A stretch of DNA of 64,000 nt from Squalus acanthias (lineage: Eukaryota). The translations under genes and the position numbers were made by a program. Under the pieces are notes generated by a model. That model saw only the letters and a list, made by a program, of their open reading frames with translations. It was not told the DNA's origin and did not search any database. Of this stretch, positions 12,333-25,561 are shown piece after piece; within the stretch, counting starts at the first letter, position 1, and each line of letters starts with the position of its first letter. The DNA is taken from positions 43,958,001 through 44,022,000 of the forward strand of contig CM059434.1 of the NCBI GenBank assembly GCA_030390025.1. The letters are read 5' to 3'.

Positions 12333-12605
12333 CTGGCTCATCAGTTGGTAAATGCACCATCTGGGCCCATCCCCACCCAAACCATCCCAAATAGATTCTC
12401 TATAGACCGGAGTGGTCCCAGGCTCAATCAGTGAGTCAGCTCATCTCAGCCTAGGCAACAGCAGGAATTGACCGCAATGAACCCTTATTAGGGAAGGGAG
12501 AAAAAAGCTGTCAGATTTCCCACCCCTGATCACTTTCCAGTGACTCCTTTTGGATAGTGTAAGCACCTGTGAAACTTTAGTCAGCATAAGTCAAGACAGG
12601 ACGGG
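12333..12605 (+). mobile_element. Family X SINE copy (5' part)
   Basis: ctggctcatcagttggtaaatgcacc head; ggtcccaggctcaatc; tgagtcagctcatctcagc; cctgatcactttccagtgactcc. Confidence 0.6.
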
Positions 12606-13336
12606 AAGAAATTGGGGGTGGGGGAAAAACTCACTATGTGAGGCACTGTACGTTGTCCCACTCAATAATATAACACATTAGAGTGCCATTGCATCACGTC
12701 ACCAATGGAGCTCATTTCCTCATAATATAATTGCATCCTCAAAGGAATGTTGGAAACAGAACGTCACTGAGTGAAGTTAACCCAAAAGAAAAAAATGGGA
12801 AAGTCCTGTTGACAAAAGATACATCAGCACTTGCTCTTCAATAATCTTTGGAGTCAGTCTCTACAAACTAGTGGATCTGCTGTGTGTGACTCAGTTCATT
12901 CCCTACTGTTGTGCACAGGGCAAATACAGGCCTGTGATGGAAAGTTATATTCCAGAGGGCTGTTTGATGTTAGTGATATAATCACCAGGGATTATATGAC
13001 TCCCTCAAAATGGTAGGAAACAGCAGGGTGCACCAGCAAAGTGAAAACCAGAGACTCAATCACTTAAAGTTCTAATGGGGAAAGGCTGGATTTGATTACC
13101 AGTTATAATACACACACTGTTACACAGTCCTCTAGTTACTGAAAAATATAACCTTGTACATTCTGACATGCGAGCATACAATGCATAAAATTTACCCTAT
13201 ATTTGTTCACCCTTACATAGTTCTGGAATTGTAGTCAATTTACAGACTCAATTGACAGGAAGTTTACTGACGCAAGGAGGCTTTTAAGGGTCTGTATTAA
13301 CCTACAATAGACAACTAGAGAATGAATTACTATAGC

Positions 13337-13488
13337 NNNNNNNNNNNNNNNNNNNNNNNNNNNNNNNNNNNNNNNNNNNNNNNNNNNNNNNNNNNNNNNN
13401 NNNNNNNNNNNNNNNNNNNNNNNNNNNNNNNNNNNNNNNNNNNNNNNNNNNNNNNNNNNNNNNNNNNNNNNNNNNNNNNNNNNNNNNN
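13337..13488. other. Assembly gap (152 N)
   Basis: Run of N. Confidence 1.
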
Positions 13489-14739
13489 CTGAACCACACA
13501 TACCTCTACAAATCACTCTTGAGCCCCAATATTATATATAGTCCCAGCACTGGATGCAGGAGAGGCATCTTCAATAATATAACCTGAGTTCCTGAAATAT
13601 GTCTTTATCTCTCAATGCTACTGATATTGGCCAGCAATCAGTGTGCCACAAATTGCAAAAAAATCTATTCATCTAAATGGGAAATTGGGTAACTTATTTA
13701 AGTAACTATACCCATTCCATCATTCATTCCTCTGGGTCTTGAAATTGACCCAAAAAGTTTCAAATGCCGAAATTGAAATGTTCAGCTTAAAACAGCTTAG
13801 TTTCTACATAAATGAGAGGAAGCACAACATTTAAAGTTATATACAGGACTTAATTAAATCTGGGATTGGGGAATGATAACTCTATTTTCTGGCTCCCAAA
13901 CCTAATATTTGGTTTCACATTTTTCTGCCCTCTTCTCCTGAATGAGCTGACTCTTGCTGCGGTACAGTCCTCATAGGTTGGGTTCAATTATCTCGCCCAT
14001 GTATGACACTTAGTGCTGGCAGGCTATTTGACTATATGGGCATCACTGACAAGCCTGATTCTAATCTTCTCCAATGTCTACACACATGTTTTTGCAGCAC
14101 TGAACTGCAATCCGTAGCAGGATATTTTCTGATGATTTTTTTTACCCTAATAAGTCCATAGGTACTAACACATTACATTTCATTCTGGCAAACTAGCAAA
14201 AGCTGACATGACCTCAAAATATTTAACAACTCAAAACCAGCCTGATGTTAGTCCTGTGACATGTGGTTACATTGAAGGCACAGGCTTACAATAACCTAAT
14301 CTGCCAGTAAGTTAAACGTTCCTCTTCTCCTGAATGTGCTCATATAGAAGAAGATTGTGGTAAAAATTGCAGAGATTTTCCTTCAATTTTTGCACAGAAC
14401 TTGTTGGCTATTTTAACTATGTATTGGTACTCTCTGTTGCTAAATGGATTGTTAACAACCTTAGACAGTTTTCACAATGACATGAAGCCATTCATCTCCC
14501 CCACACCAGTTTATACTGGCACTGTTCAGATTCTGATATTTAGTTAATGCTAGTATTCTCTCTCTCTCTCCTCAGCTCACAATGACATTCTTGTCCCCCT
14601 GTTCCACCCACCAGTTCATGGTGGCACTCTTTCTTCCTTTGCCAATTTCATGTTGGCATTCTTGTTTCTCCTCTCAGAGCACCTATTTACAGCATGTAAT
14701 AGTTTTCAATCCCCAAGAGCACTATCTGAGAGTATTACT

Positions 14740-14940
14740 AAGGGGAAGAGCAAGGGGTGGCACCAAGGGGAGAGCCAGGAACAGTGCTAAGGGGAGGAAT
14801 CAGGAGTGGCAGTAATGGGAGAACTAGGAGCAACACTGAGTAGAAGAACCAACAGTGGCACTAGTGGGGGAACTAGGAACAGTGCTAAGGGGAAGAGCCA
14901 GGAGTGCCACAAATGGGGAAATAGTGTTAAGGGGAGGAGT
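14740..14940 (+). repeat. Degenerate tandem repeat, period about 22-23 bp
   Basis: Recurrent agagccaggaacagtgctaagggg / aactaggaacagtgctaagggg / aatagtgttaagggg. Confidence 0.6.
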
Positions 14941-15639
14941 TGCTTTTGCCCACAAATGCAGACAAGCATACACTGATTGTTCATGACAAACACTGATTGA
15001 TGGCATTTATGTGAGGTCAATTGTCGCATCTGTGCCTGATTTGTGTGGCTCAGTACTACACTGGATAGTGCACTTACCAATTGAACTATCACAGTAGCAG
15101 CAGACTCATGTTTTCTTAACAGTTTAATAATCTTTTCAGAAGGTTTGACATGTTATTTGTCACAACACACAGTGCTGCATTTGTCCAGAATGGGCAGAAA
15201 TTGTGTCCTAAGACCAATTTGATTTGACCTGGATGCAATTAGGATAGTAACAAATTGACCCAAATCTCATCAAGATGAGTTAGAAAACATTTTCAAAAGC
15301 CCTTCCTTGTTTTTTTCACTTCAAGCTTGCCAGGTGCACACTCTCAGTGGGTTTCACTTCAAGTGCTGGGACTGATTGAATCACAATATCCACTGTGCAC
15401 AGGAACTCTGCCAGTTCCCAGTTGGGGTTGTATTACTTTGCTGAAGAGCTGACACCTTGTCTAGTCTACCTGACCTCTTCCATTACACATAATGCTTCTG
15501 AGACAAGCTATTGGCTCAAGCACACAGAGGGTCAACAGTTTATTCTCCCAACTAAAGGATGTTAGGTCGGGTTGAGGTATCAAATGTACTGTGAAAGACT
15601 TTTAAAAAGTTATCACAGCTGATGAAAACATCGGAACGT

Positions 15640-15855
15640 GAAGAAAGAGAAGAATGAGAATGAGAAAGAGAGGAGAATAAAAAAAGAGAAAAGGGATTGA
15701 AAAAGAAGCAGGGGAATGAGAAATGAGAGAGTTATGAGAGAGGAATGAGGAAGAGGGAGAGAGGGAATAAGAAAAATAGAGAAAGAAGGGAATTAGAACG
15801 AAGAAGCGGGAAATGAAGAAAACAGCAAAAGTAACTAAAGAAAATAAGAAGAGAG
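15640..15855 (+). repeat. Purine-rich (GA) low-complexity tract
   Basis: Almost entirely A/G, with gaatgagaa motifs. Confidence 0.8.
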
Positions 15856-16717
15856 GTTCTTCTCTTTGATTGCTTGCTGCACAGAGTAAATTTACTTTAT
15901 ACTGTATTCTGTAAAATGCACAAATCAGTTAACCTTAGATAATCATACCAGCATTTTTCAAATTAGCAAAATCATTAACTTCCTCGTATGGTTTCTTCAA
16001 GCAATACATCCTGATTAAAACGCTCATAAAGCAGTGTATAACTGTTAAAGACAAAATTTACAAATCTGTCACATGTTTTCATGAATATTTCAGTGAATGA
16101 AGTGCTTGAAATATCAGGTGCAAGATAAAATAATTAAGCTAATTCCAATTTAAATAGGAGTTTTATGAAGCAGTCCATGTTTCAAAGAGGATTTAACAGC
16201 TATTGGTACAATTCTCACAATTTATGGAGGTAGTGCAGTGCAGTGATTCTGTCTTCCGGGAAAAAAATTAATATAAGACAGACTAAGAAATGAATATGAG
16301 ATCCAGTAAGCTAATTATGGACTTTATAAAATAAATATAATATTTTGAAAAACACATAAATATTTAAAAATTGCATCTGAGAAATCACTGTGGCAGCAAT
16401 TTGGAGCCAAATAATATAACTATTCTTTATAATGTGGAAATACTTCCTGATCAATTGTCTTTCATATTTAATATAAAAAATTACAGATTTCATGTTTCTA
16501 GATGATGAAGAGTACATGTTGGCGAGTGGATGTTTGGCAGTGAGTTACAGAGTAGTACTTCAATTCAGCAGTTTCAATATGTCATCAATTGCAAGACTGA
16601 AGACCACAAGCATCACACCCCTATGTGACAACCTCACTGGAGTGCCTCTGATTGGATCCATACACTCACATGACCCTCCACTGCAGATCAACTTCACCTT
16701 CTGTATGATAGGTGATT

Positions 16718-16835
16718 GCAGGGCTATGGGGAAAGAGCAGGTGAGTGAGACTAATTGGATAGCCCTTTCAAAGAGCCGGCACAGGCACAATAGGCCAAAT
16801 GGCCTCCTTCTCTGCTATAAGATTCCATGATTGTA
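16718..16835 (+). mobile_element. CR1 3' tail fragment
   Basis: gggctatggggaaagagcagg...ggcacaataggccaaatggcctccttctctgctataagattccatgatt. Confidence 0.7.
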
Positions 16836-18524
16836 TAAGTGCAGCAGCAAGAACTGATGCTGATCAGAAGCACAAAGCTGTGCTTCTCATAATTGTAAAA
16901 ACTTCAGGTTCAGTTGACTTTGGTTTACCAGTGTTCATCTAGACCAAGCTTTTTACCTCCATTAATTCTGTTCCTCTTTAAAATCACTCTTACTCAAATA
17001 ATGAAAATAATGGCATAAAGGGAAGACTGTGTACAGGAAGTACCAGCACTCACAGACACAGTATGCCTACAGTTTGTAGGAAAGATGAAATTTAAAGTGT
17101 CATGGCAACATTGGTGTGCTAAATAAGCCTATTCTGAGTGTTCAAATCACAGAAATAAAAGTTAACAGAAACAGCTTTCATTAATAAAAATGAAGCAAAA
17201 AATGAAAGGCCAACTGACAACTTGGGTTCAGCTCCATTTCAAGGGTCTAAAGGAGACGGAATGTGGCCAGTCTAGCCACAATGTGGCCAAAATCTAGCAG
17301 GCACAGGCCCACAGCACAAACTACTCATACTTTCCCAGCAATTGGTACTAATTGGACAATTTCATTCCGAGAGACTACAGTATTGTGCAGCAGGAAATTG
17401 GAAGATTCTTGTTTTGAGGTACATTGTTTGAAAAGGATATGGAATAGTCTACACTGCACGGAGCTCATCTGGTGTGAACCAAAGAACACTGTCACAGATG
17501 CACAAACCAAAAAGTGTCATTCGTTAAAACAGGCTAAGAAATGGTAATCCTTTACCTTAAAAAATCTATAATTTCAGAAAAGGGATATGTGAGATTTTTA
17601 TGAAATTTCTAATTTTTGCCTAACCTCTATTGTTTAACCTTAGGTATTAAATAATTCTTAAACTAATGAGCAGGTTGATTATATTCAGTATCATAACACT
17701 CAACTCAAAATTCAAACATTGACTTTATCTGCACTTAGTTACCATTCTCTTCTATAGAGGTATAGCTACAATGCTTTCAAAAGTGGATATCATTATTCAA
17801 AACTCAACTTCTTTGCTCAACCATTTTAATTAAGCAATATTGTCCATTTGTCAAGAGTGTAATGGGTTTCTATTTATTTTAAGTGGGTTAACGCCTTCCC
17901 GAAAATAGCAAAAGAAGTTCATTCATGCTGCTACTACAGCATTCATACAACTAAAATAAATTTGAAAATACTTAATCATAAAGGAAAACAGCCGCTTTAT
18001 CTTATATTCACAATGTGGTGGGTCAACATTAATTTTGACTGACAGGCGATATGACCAATTGTTACACAAACAATTGTAAATGGCTATCAGTGATCAAAGA
18101 ATAAGGAGGCTAAAAGCAGTAACCCAACAACTTTTCAGTGCATTGGAAAACTTGAAAGGATATTGTGCTCTACCTTGGGGTCATGTAATACAACTATTGC
18201 ATTATAATGGAGTAATGTGATGATATGAGATGGTCAGGTGCGTGTGCTACAAATGCTGAACTGTTTAGCGATATAAACCACTGATGTGAAACCCCAGGCA
18301 CATTCCTAATGACTGCACAGCTGCAGAAAACAGAAATGTTGCTTACTGGGAAAGGTTACTAGGTAGGTTTGCTGATTTGTGAGCAGGATTCTCTCACACT
18401 GCTACAACTAATCAATTGTTGGATTAGCAAAATGGATGTATTTTAATTATTTGTATACTGTTAAGCAAGTTGTCTCATCCTTCATAACTGTTATTTCATA
18501 AACAGATGAAGTAAAACTAATGTT

Positions 18525-19165
18525 AACAATAACTTGCATATATATAGCGCCTTTAACATAGTAAAACATCCCAAGGCACTTCACAGGAGCGTTATAAAAC
18601 AGAATTTGACACCGAGCCACATAAGGAGATATTAGGGCAGATGACCAAAAGCTTGGTCAAAGAGGTAGATTTTAAGGAGCGTCTTAAAGGAGCAAAGAGA
18701 GGTAGAGAGGTGGAGAGGTTTAGGGAGGAATTCCACAGTTTAGGGCCTTGGCAGGTGAAGGCATAGCCACCAATGGTGGAGCGGTTAAAATCGGGGATGC
18801 TGAAGAGGCCAGAATTAAAGGAGCACAGATAACTCAGAGGGTTGTGGGGCTGGAGGAGATTAAAGAGATAAGATGGGGCGAGTCCATGGAGGGATTTGAA
18901 ACCAAGGATGAGAATTTTAAAATCGAGGCGTTGCTCAACCGGGAGCCAATGTAAGTCAGCGAGCACAGGGGTGAAGGGTGAACGGGACTTGGTGCATGTT
19001 AGGACACGAGCAGCGAGTTTTGGATGACCTCAAGTTTACGGAGGGTAGAACATGGGAGGCCGGCCAGGAGTGCCTTGGAATAGTCAAGTCTAGAGGTAAC
19101 AAAAGCATGGATGAGGGTTTCAGCAGCAGATAAGCTGAGGCAGGGGTGGAGTCGGGCAATGTTCC
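18525..19165 (-). mobile_element. L2 LINE, 5'-truncated 3' portion
   Basis: Minus-strand peptides AETLIHAFVTSRLDYS.ALLAGLP and LADLHWLPVEQRLDFKILIL match the L2 ORF2 C-terminus. Tail ggcgctatatatatgcaagttattgtt. Confidence 0.9.
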
Positions 19166-20454
19166 AGGTACAGAACATTTTATAAAACATCATGCTTTTG
19201 CGGTGCTGGGCAAGTTCTTAGATCAAGATGTTTTACACATTCTGATCGCTATTACAGAATGTTAAGAGATGGAAAATTGACTTCCGTAATATTTTGTGAA
19301 ATTTGCCTAAAATACCAGTTAGATAAAGGCAAATAATTGCCTTCCATTATGATGGTGGTGTTTTGGGTTTTTAAGCACAAGGTTCCTGCTGGACAAGCGA
19401 ATCCCGAATCTCCAGTTTGTTGCTTCACTTGATCAATATTGGCAACAGCCCACCTATTCCCTATATATGGAATTCTTACAATAGGTCATTGCTTTGACCA
19501 CCCAAATCAATTACCTGTAACATGATTCTAATGTATTCATGCGGAAATCTATTTAAGTAAACATAATTTCTTTCTTCTTTTACCGAAATACATTTTTTAA
19601 TATCAAGACTGAATCCAATTTTAAAAGCAGAAAATGCTGGAAGTGCACAAGCGATAAGTCAGCATATGAAAGATGAAGTGATATCAACGTGGGTCTTGTC
19701 TTAAATACCTTGTTGGGTTCAGGGGCGCCAGATGCTCCTTTAAGCAGTCCGACCATCTTTTATGAAAATTGACCCACACTGCTCTATATCTAAATGTATG
19801 ATAGAGTAACAACAGTATCCCTTTGTGATCTGGACTGGATATTCATGTCTTTCACACATGTGCTTCTTCAATCTCTCTGAAGGTGGACTGAGCAGACATT
19901 TGGTAAGGTGAGGCTTGATGCAAACAGTTAAGCTGCTTTATCTCACAGCACATGAACACACACAGCAACAGTTATGATTGGATTCACTTATTTCAAACAG
20001 GTCAACTTATCTTCGTGTAATGCTGCAAAAATAAAGAATATGCCATGGTTCCCCACATCAGTGGATTCTTTTACTTGACTTAAACGATGATTTCTAACTG
20101 CCCACAAGCATTTCCAGTCTCTGTGAAAGCCCCCACAGCTTTTGCTTTAAAAACTTGCCTGCCCATGTCTCTATCATGGTGTTTTATCTCTCACTTTTCA
20201 CAGCCAGAAAGGGATAAAAGATTTTCCTACACAATGGGTATAAGGTGTTTATTGAATACCGAAACAAGTTAATGAATTGCTTATTGTTTACAGTCTTTGG
20301 AGGGGAAAAACTTCATTAGCACATTAACCAGCTTTCTTCGAGGTGCCGTTTTTTAGAAAAAATTGTGAGAATACATTCTTGCTTTGAAAACGCAATGTTA
20401 AAAGTAACTCTTTTTTCTCAAATCCTTTCTGTGGAAAAATGGTCAAAAAGGTGC

Positions 20455-20612
20455 CAGAATGGGACAGGAAACTAGGTTAACATTTCAGGTGTGACCCGAA
20501 TGAAGGGCCAGAATTGAAATGTTAACTGGTTTTTCCCCTTCAGATGCTATTCGATCTGCTGCACATTTCTGCTTTGATTTCAGATTTCCAACATTTGCAT
20601 TTTCTTGCTTTG
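20455..20612. mobile_element. Degenerate Penelope-like foldback relic
   Basis: gttaacatttcagg...tgaaatgttaac inverted pair and tail gatttcagatttccaacatttgca, homologous to the 22333 and 52652 elements. Confidence 0.55.
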
Positions 20613-21174
20613 TATTCTGTCTCCAGTTTCATTGTAGTGATCTATTTACCGACAATGTCATTCTCTAATTATCCTGAACACATGGATGTCGTTAGATGGT
20701 AGATTTCAGGTTCTATGGAATTGACAGGTCGATTATACATATTGTTCCAATTCTACATTATAATATTCGGCATTAGAGATTCACAGACAATTCTTTTTGT
20801 AGGTCTTACAGGAAACATGTGTGTATTTGGAAAGCTGCAAAGGACATTCAGTACTCAAAGGGATAACGCACAGTTCTCTAAAGAATTTCAAGTCCCAGAA
20901 CAACAACAGCTTCTAAAATGCTACATCTGTTTTTGAAATACTGTATCTAAGTCCCATTTAAATATGTAATGTGTCATTTTTCATTCCATTCCACCACAGC
21001 AAAGACTGAATTCACGCGCACCGCGGCACACATGGTTTCCACGGTCTAATCCATGTATTCTGTACAAGAAGCGTTGTCACCAAGTCTTCTCCATCCCAGA
21101 GTTAAAACTTGATGCTCTGAACAGTTCTCCGGCCCACAATAGATTGGAATGGGTAAGAAAAACCATGAATGTGA

Positions 21175-21350
21175 GAAATCTGAAATAAAAAAGAAAATGC
21201 AGCAAATGCACAGCAGGTCAGTCAGAATCTGAAAAAGAAAGATGAGTTATTATTTTAGGTGGGACCGTTCCATCAGGATCACCCCTGAAATAATGCAAAA
21301 CTTTTTTTCCTTTCAGATACTGATCAACCTGCTGTGCATTTCTAGCACAT
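21175..21350. mobile_element. Degenerate Penelope-like foldback relic
   Basis: aaatgcacagcaggtcagtcag...tctgaaa pairs with tttcagatactgatcaacctgctgtgcattt; same family as 22333. Confidence 0.55.
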
Positions 21351-22129
21351 TCTTTCTTAAAGTCTGAATATACTAGAAGCAGCTCTACTGGAACACAAAA
21401 GTTGGAATGGGGGAGTGGGGATGGCGGGGGGTGGCGGCTGGTGGGGGCGATGGGTGCAGGTTTGGATAGAAGGAACCAGATTAGGCCCGGAATTTACTCT
21501 GAATAAGTTTTGACTGTAGGTGGACAGGACTCGCTCCATTTTCACTCCCCAGCCTGTGCACTATTGTTGTTTTATTCTCTCAGCTGTGAATTCCTAGCTG
21601 AATACCACTCATAAAATGAGCAGCACTTTGTGGTGAATTGATTGTTCACTTTACAGGGACTTGACTGGATTTGGTACAGATATTAGTGATGGTAGATTGA
21701 GAAACAAAAACATGGTACTTTCACCTCCCGTAAGTAACTTTCAAATTACCAGTGCAGAGTATATAAAAGAAATATTAAAGTTCTTAACACATGACATGCT
21801 CAAACACAGCTGTGAAAATAGTCTGCTGAAAAACTATAACTTAATTTTTAAAAATTGAGCTGTGAGGTGTTTTCTTTAGGAATAACGTCCCCTCATTTTC
21901 ACTCAGCCAATAAAGTTGTTTCCTGTAATCAAATTAAACTGAAAAGTACTTATATAAAAATTAATTTAAAATAAATCCAAAGACAGGTACTAAAGAGGTT
22001 GCGTTTTTTTTTAAATGTCACACTCAATGTTATTTTTCTTAAGACTTAAACACACATTTTATTCCCAGGCTGAGATAGTTTCTGTGTCATCTTCACTCAG
22101 TGAGCGCCACTCTATAATCTAGGTTGAAA

Positions 22130-22772
22130 CTCGAGGGCAGCATTGTCACATCTGAGTCAATCCCCAACAGACACCAAAGCACATAATCAGTGCACCAATG
22201 AGGGGATGCTGCGTTGTCAAAGGTTCTGTCTTTTGGGTAAGTGATTAAACTGAGATCTTGTCTGCCTGCTGAGGTAGACATAAAAGATCCTGTGGCACTA
22301 TACAAAGAAGAGCAGAGGAGTTCACCAGTGCAAAAGCAAAATACTGCAGATGCTGGAAATCTGAAAAAAAAAACCTCAGAAAATGTTGGAAATACTCAGC
22401 AGGTCAGGCAGCATCTGTGGAGAGAGAAACAGAGCTAATGTTTCAGGTCGGTGTCCTTTCATCAGAACTCGGGCAAAAGGTCACTGACCTGAAACATTAA
22501 CCCTGTTTCTCTCTCCACAAATGCTGCCTGACCTGCTGAGTTCTCCAGTGCACTGACAAACATTCAGCCCTCAACCAACACCAGCAAAAACAGATTAGCT
22601 GGTCATTCACTCATTTGCTATTTATGAGACCTTGCTACGTGTAGATTGGCTGTTGCATTTGCCTACATAACAACAGTGAGTGCACTTCAAAAGTGATCCA
22701 TTGGTTGTAAGGCACTTTGGGATGTTCGGAGGACATCATAAGGAGCTATATCAATGCAATTTCTTTCTTCTT
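22130..22772 (+). mobile_element. DeuSINE (SacSINE1-like) interrupted by a foldback insertion
   Basis: Deu-domain-like gacataaaagatcctgtggcacta...gaagagcagaggagttc...ccctcaaccaacacc...cagattagctggtcatt...ttggctgttgcattt. L2-type tail gctatatcaatgcaatttctttc. Confidence 0.8.
22333..22537. mobile_element. Penelope-like foldback insertion with minimal hammerhead motif
   Basis: Arms ctcagcaggtcaggcagcatctgtggagagagaaacag / ctgtttctctctccacaaatgctgcctgacctgctgag. TSD gagttcWccagtgca (22318-22332, 22538-22552). Minus strand 22470-22432 reads GAGTT-CTGATGA-AAGGACACCGACCT-GAAA-CATT-AGCTC. Confidence 0.75.
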
Positions 22773-22784
22773 TAACACTCTAAT

Positions 22785-23095
22785 GCAGTGCACCCTAATC
22801 TGGTGCTGTGCTTTGGATAAGATGTTAAATCAAGATCTAGTGTGATGTAGATGGACATTAAAGATTCTATTATTTGAAGAAGAGCTTTCATGTGTTCTGG
22901 CCCACATTCTTTCCTCAAAGAAGACCAGAGTAACTGAACATTCATCTTATTGCAATTCGTTCGATCTTGGTGTAGCGGTTTCATTTGCTTACATACAGCA
23001 TTCATTGTGTTTCTAAATAATTCATTGTATGTGAAGTGTTTGACATATTTAAGAGAAATGTGGTGCAGTGTTTTGTAAATGAAGTCTGTCTGACT
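22785..23095 (+). mobile_element. Old degenerate DeuSINE copy
   Basis: ggataagatgttaaa...atggacattaaagattctattatttgaagaagagc...taattcattgtatgtgaagtg. Confidence 0.55.
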
Positions 23096-23167
23096 TACAT
23101 AACACAACTTATGATCAGAATTAGGATTTCATAGAGACATTAGCTCTTTACTGTTTATCTACTCTTT

Positions 23168-23438
23168 TAGGACTGGGATGAGTAGAAATTCCTTCACTCA
23201 GAGGGTGGTGAATCTTTGGAATTTCTACCCCAGAGGGCTGTGGAGGCTCAGTCATTGAGTATATTCAAGACAGAGATCGATAGATTTTTGAATATTAAGG
23301 GAATCAAGGGATATTGGGATAGTGCAGGAAAGTGGAGATGAGGTAGAAGATCAGCCATGATCTTATTGAATGGCGGAGCAGGCTCGAAGGGCCAAATGGC
23401 CTACTCCTGCTCCTATTTCGTATGTTCTTATGTTCTTA
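23168..23438 (+). mobile_element. CR1 LINE 3' end
   Basis: ttcactcagagggtggtgaatctttggaa...gatcagccatgatcttattgaatggcggagcaggctcgaagggccaaatggcctactcctgctcc, with (tatgttct)n tail. Confidence 0.9.
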
Positions 23439-23447
23439 CAGAGACCC

Positions 23448-23780
23448 CAATGGCTCATTTGATAAAACTATTGCCAGTGTGATAATGAGCCATATAGATC
23501 TACTTTCAATTTTCAGTCTATGCTAAATTAGGTGATCTCAGCGAGGTCACTGTAATGGTCCTACCTTTGACTTCAGTGCCCTTCAGAAAAAAAAGTTATC
23601 CATAGTTCCCACTCCTAACTGCTCGCCAATGACTCCTGCTGGGTAGTGTAGACTTCAGGTGAAGACAACATTAGGCTTGGTGTAATGCCCACCATACTCA
23701 CTATCTAGGCTTGCACAAATGAACAATGGCCACTTGAGTGAGGCAGTAGATGGCAGCCATTCAGAAGAGAGGGGAGAACT
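23448..23780 (+). mobile_element. Family X SINE copy
   Basis: atggctcatttgataaa...tgagccata head; gaacaatggccacttgagtgagg...ttcagaagagaggggagaa 3' end. Confidence 0.65.
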
Positions 23781-25514
23781 GAGAGTTTAAAAGCCTGTCA
23801 GAAATCAAATTTTATGGCTCTGTAGATCAGATGCTGATCTCCCACTCAGAAAACTTACATTGAAATCCCAGCTTCGACTGACATTGGAATTTGATGATGT
23901 TCCATGGGTGAGTTTCACTGGTGAACAGCTCAAATTTGGGATGAAACACCCCACACTGATAAAGTCACCAGCATGCAGATGTATCTCATTCTATGCCTCC
24001 TACTGGCTGTGTAAGGGGCTAAAACAAAGGAGACATTTACAACTAAAGTAGATTCATTTTTGAAAAAGAACAAATCGGCACTTCAAACTTTCCAAAACTT
24101 TAAAAAGAAAAACTTGAAATTTATTTATGGCAGAAAAGTAAACAGACCGGCTTAGCTGCCTACCCCCAGCTACTAAGATGCCTATCTGTAGCACCACCAT
24201 AACCGAAGAAGAAGCCAATGTACCACACCCTTTCCTCGAAAAAAATCCCAGGGTGGTTCTGTGTGCAGTTTGGATCCATTGCCAACCGAATAGCTCAGCT
24301 GTCCACCAATCAACCGACACACCACAAAACAGACAGCAAATCTTTTTTGATCTGTCATTCTGTCTAAAACACCCGGAAAATTTCTGATAAAATCTGACAT
24401 ACAGTAAGGACTGTTGCCCTTGATTTTTCCATCAATCTCTGTTAATGTAAACGGGGAGAGAGCAGGCAAGTGGGATTAGCTTCGCATTTCTCTAGCAAAG
24501 AACCGGCCGAGTGGCCTCCTTCAATGCTCTAAATTTTGCTGGTTCTAAATTTTGCTGGTTTTACATGGTGGAGCTGTTTGGAGGGCGTCTGAAACTTCTG
24601 AAGTGTGAGATTGTTATGGTAAATGGGGACTACTGGTAACATTATTAGGGTGAATTGGTTGGGATAAGTTACTGACAGTGTGAGTGAGCTGAATTAAAAT
24701 TCACAGATACTGTCATTACCCCGCAATCTTCTCTTTGCATCTATGTTAGTTCATTCATCACTCTGATACTGTTATGATCCACCCAGTCAGTTTCCGAATA
24801 ACATTCTCAATGATTACTGCTGAAACACAAATATCCTGAAAACGTAGATGAGTCAAAAGAAAACCTTTCCCTTTTAACTTACTAATTTTTAAAAAGTGTG
24901 AAGATGGGAAGACTCACTCGTGAACTGAATTTCTTCTGCTTTATTTAAATGTTCCACTGGGGTTCTCCTCATGTCATTCTTACCAGCTTGATTTCTCCCT
25001 AGCATTTCACGATTTTTTACCTCCCTCCCTCTATCTCTGTCACTCGCATTTCTTTTTTTTTTGTTTGCCCCTGTCTCGGCAGCGTATCCCCATATTTATA
25101 CAAGGGTTACTCATCAATAGGATGGTTCCTAGGCAAAACAGTCGGCCTGTGCACTCATTAAAACAGGCTACAAACAAATCGCTGCTTGATCAAGATATGT
25201 TTCTATATATAAAAAACAGCAGACGATGGAAAGAAATGTTGAAGTTGATGACAACTAGCTGAATGTGCTGGAAGGACTACAGTCTAGCTATGAAGTCTGG
25301 AAAGGTCATTTTATCGTACAGCCAGCAAACATGGTAATTTTTTAATGACGTGCACTTAAACTTGCGTGATTCTGTCACTGCGTTTCAGCAGCCGAAGACT
25401 ACTTTATGCCTACAGCTCAGATGTGATGGAATGTTTTGACTTGCGAATTGTCCCTGCAGATAGCATTACATTCAACAACTACTTGTGTATAATTAGTTAG
25501 CATTATGGTCTTAC

Positions 25515-25561
25515 TGCTGTCTGCCTTTACAGTTCAGTAACAGCGCCAAGTGTCTCTCCAT
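25515..25561 (-). CDS. SOX6: Candidate alternative upstream coding exon of SOX6 (MERHLALLLNCKGRQ-H-R-MSSKQ)
   Basis: ATG at 25561 in strong context (GAT ATG G), with an in-frame TAG six codons upstream. 15 codons + 2 nt, then donor CA|GTAAGA at 25514. Phase 2 joins C-AGA-ATG of the 8316 exon in frame. Lies in a repeat-free block. No transcript evidence available. Confidence 0.55.
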
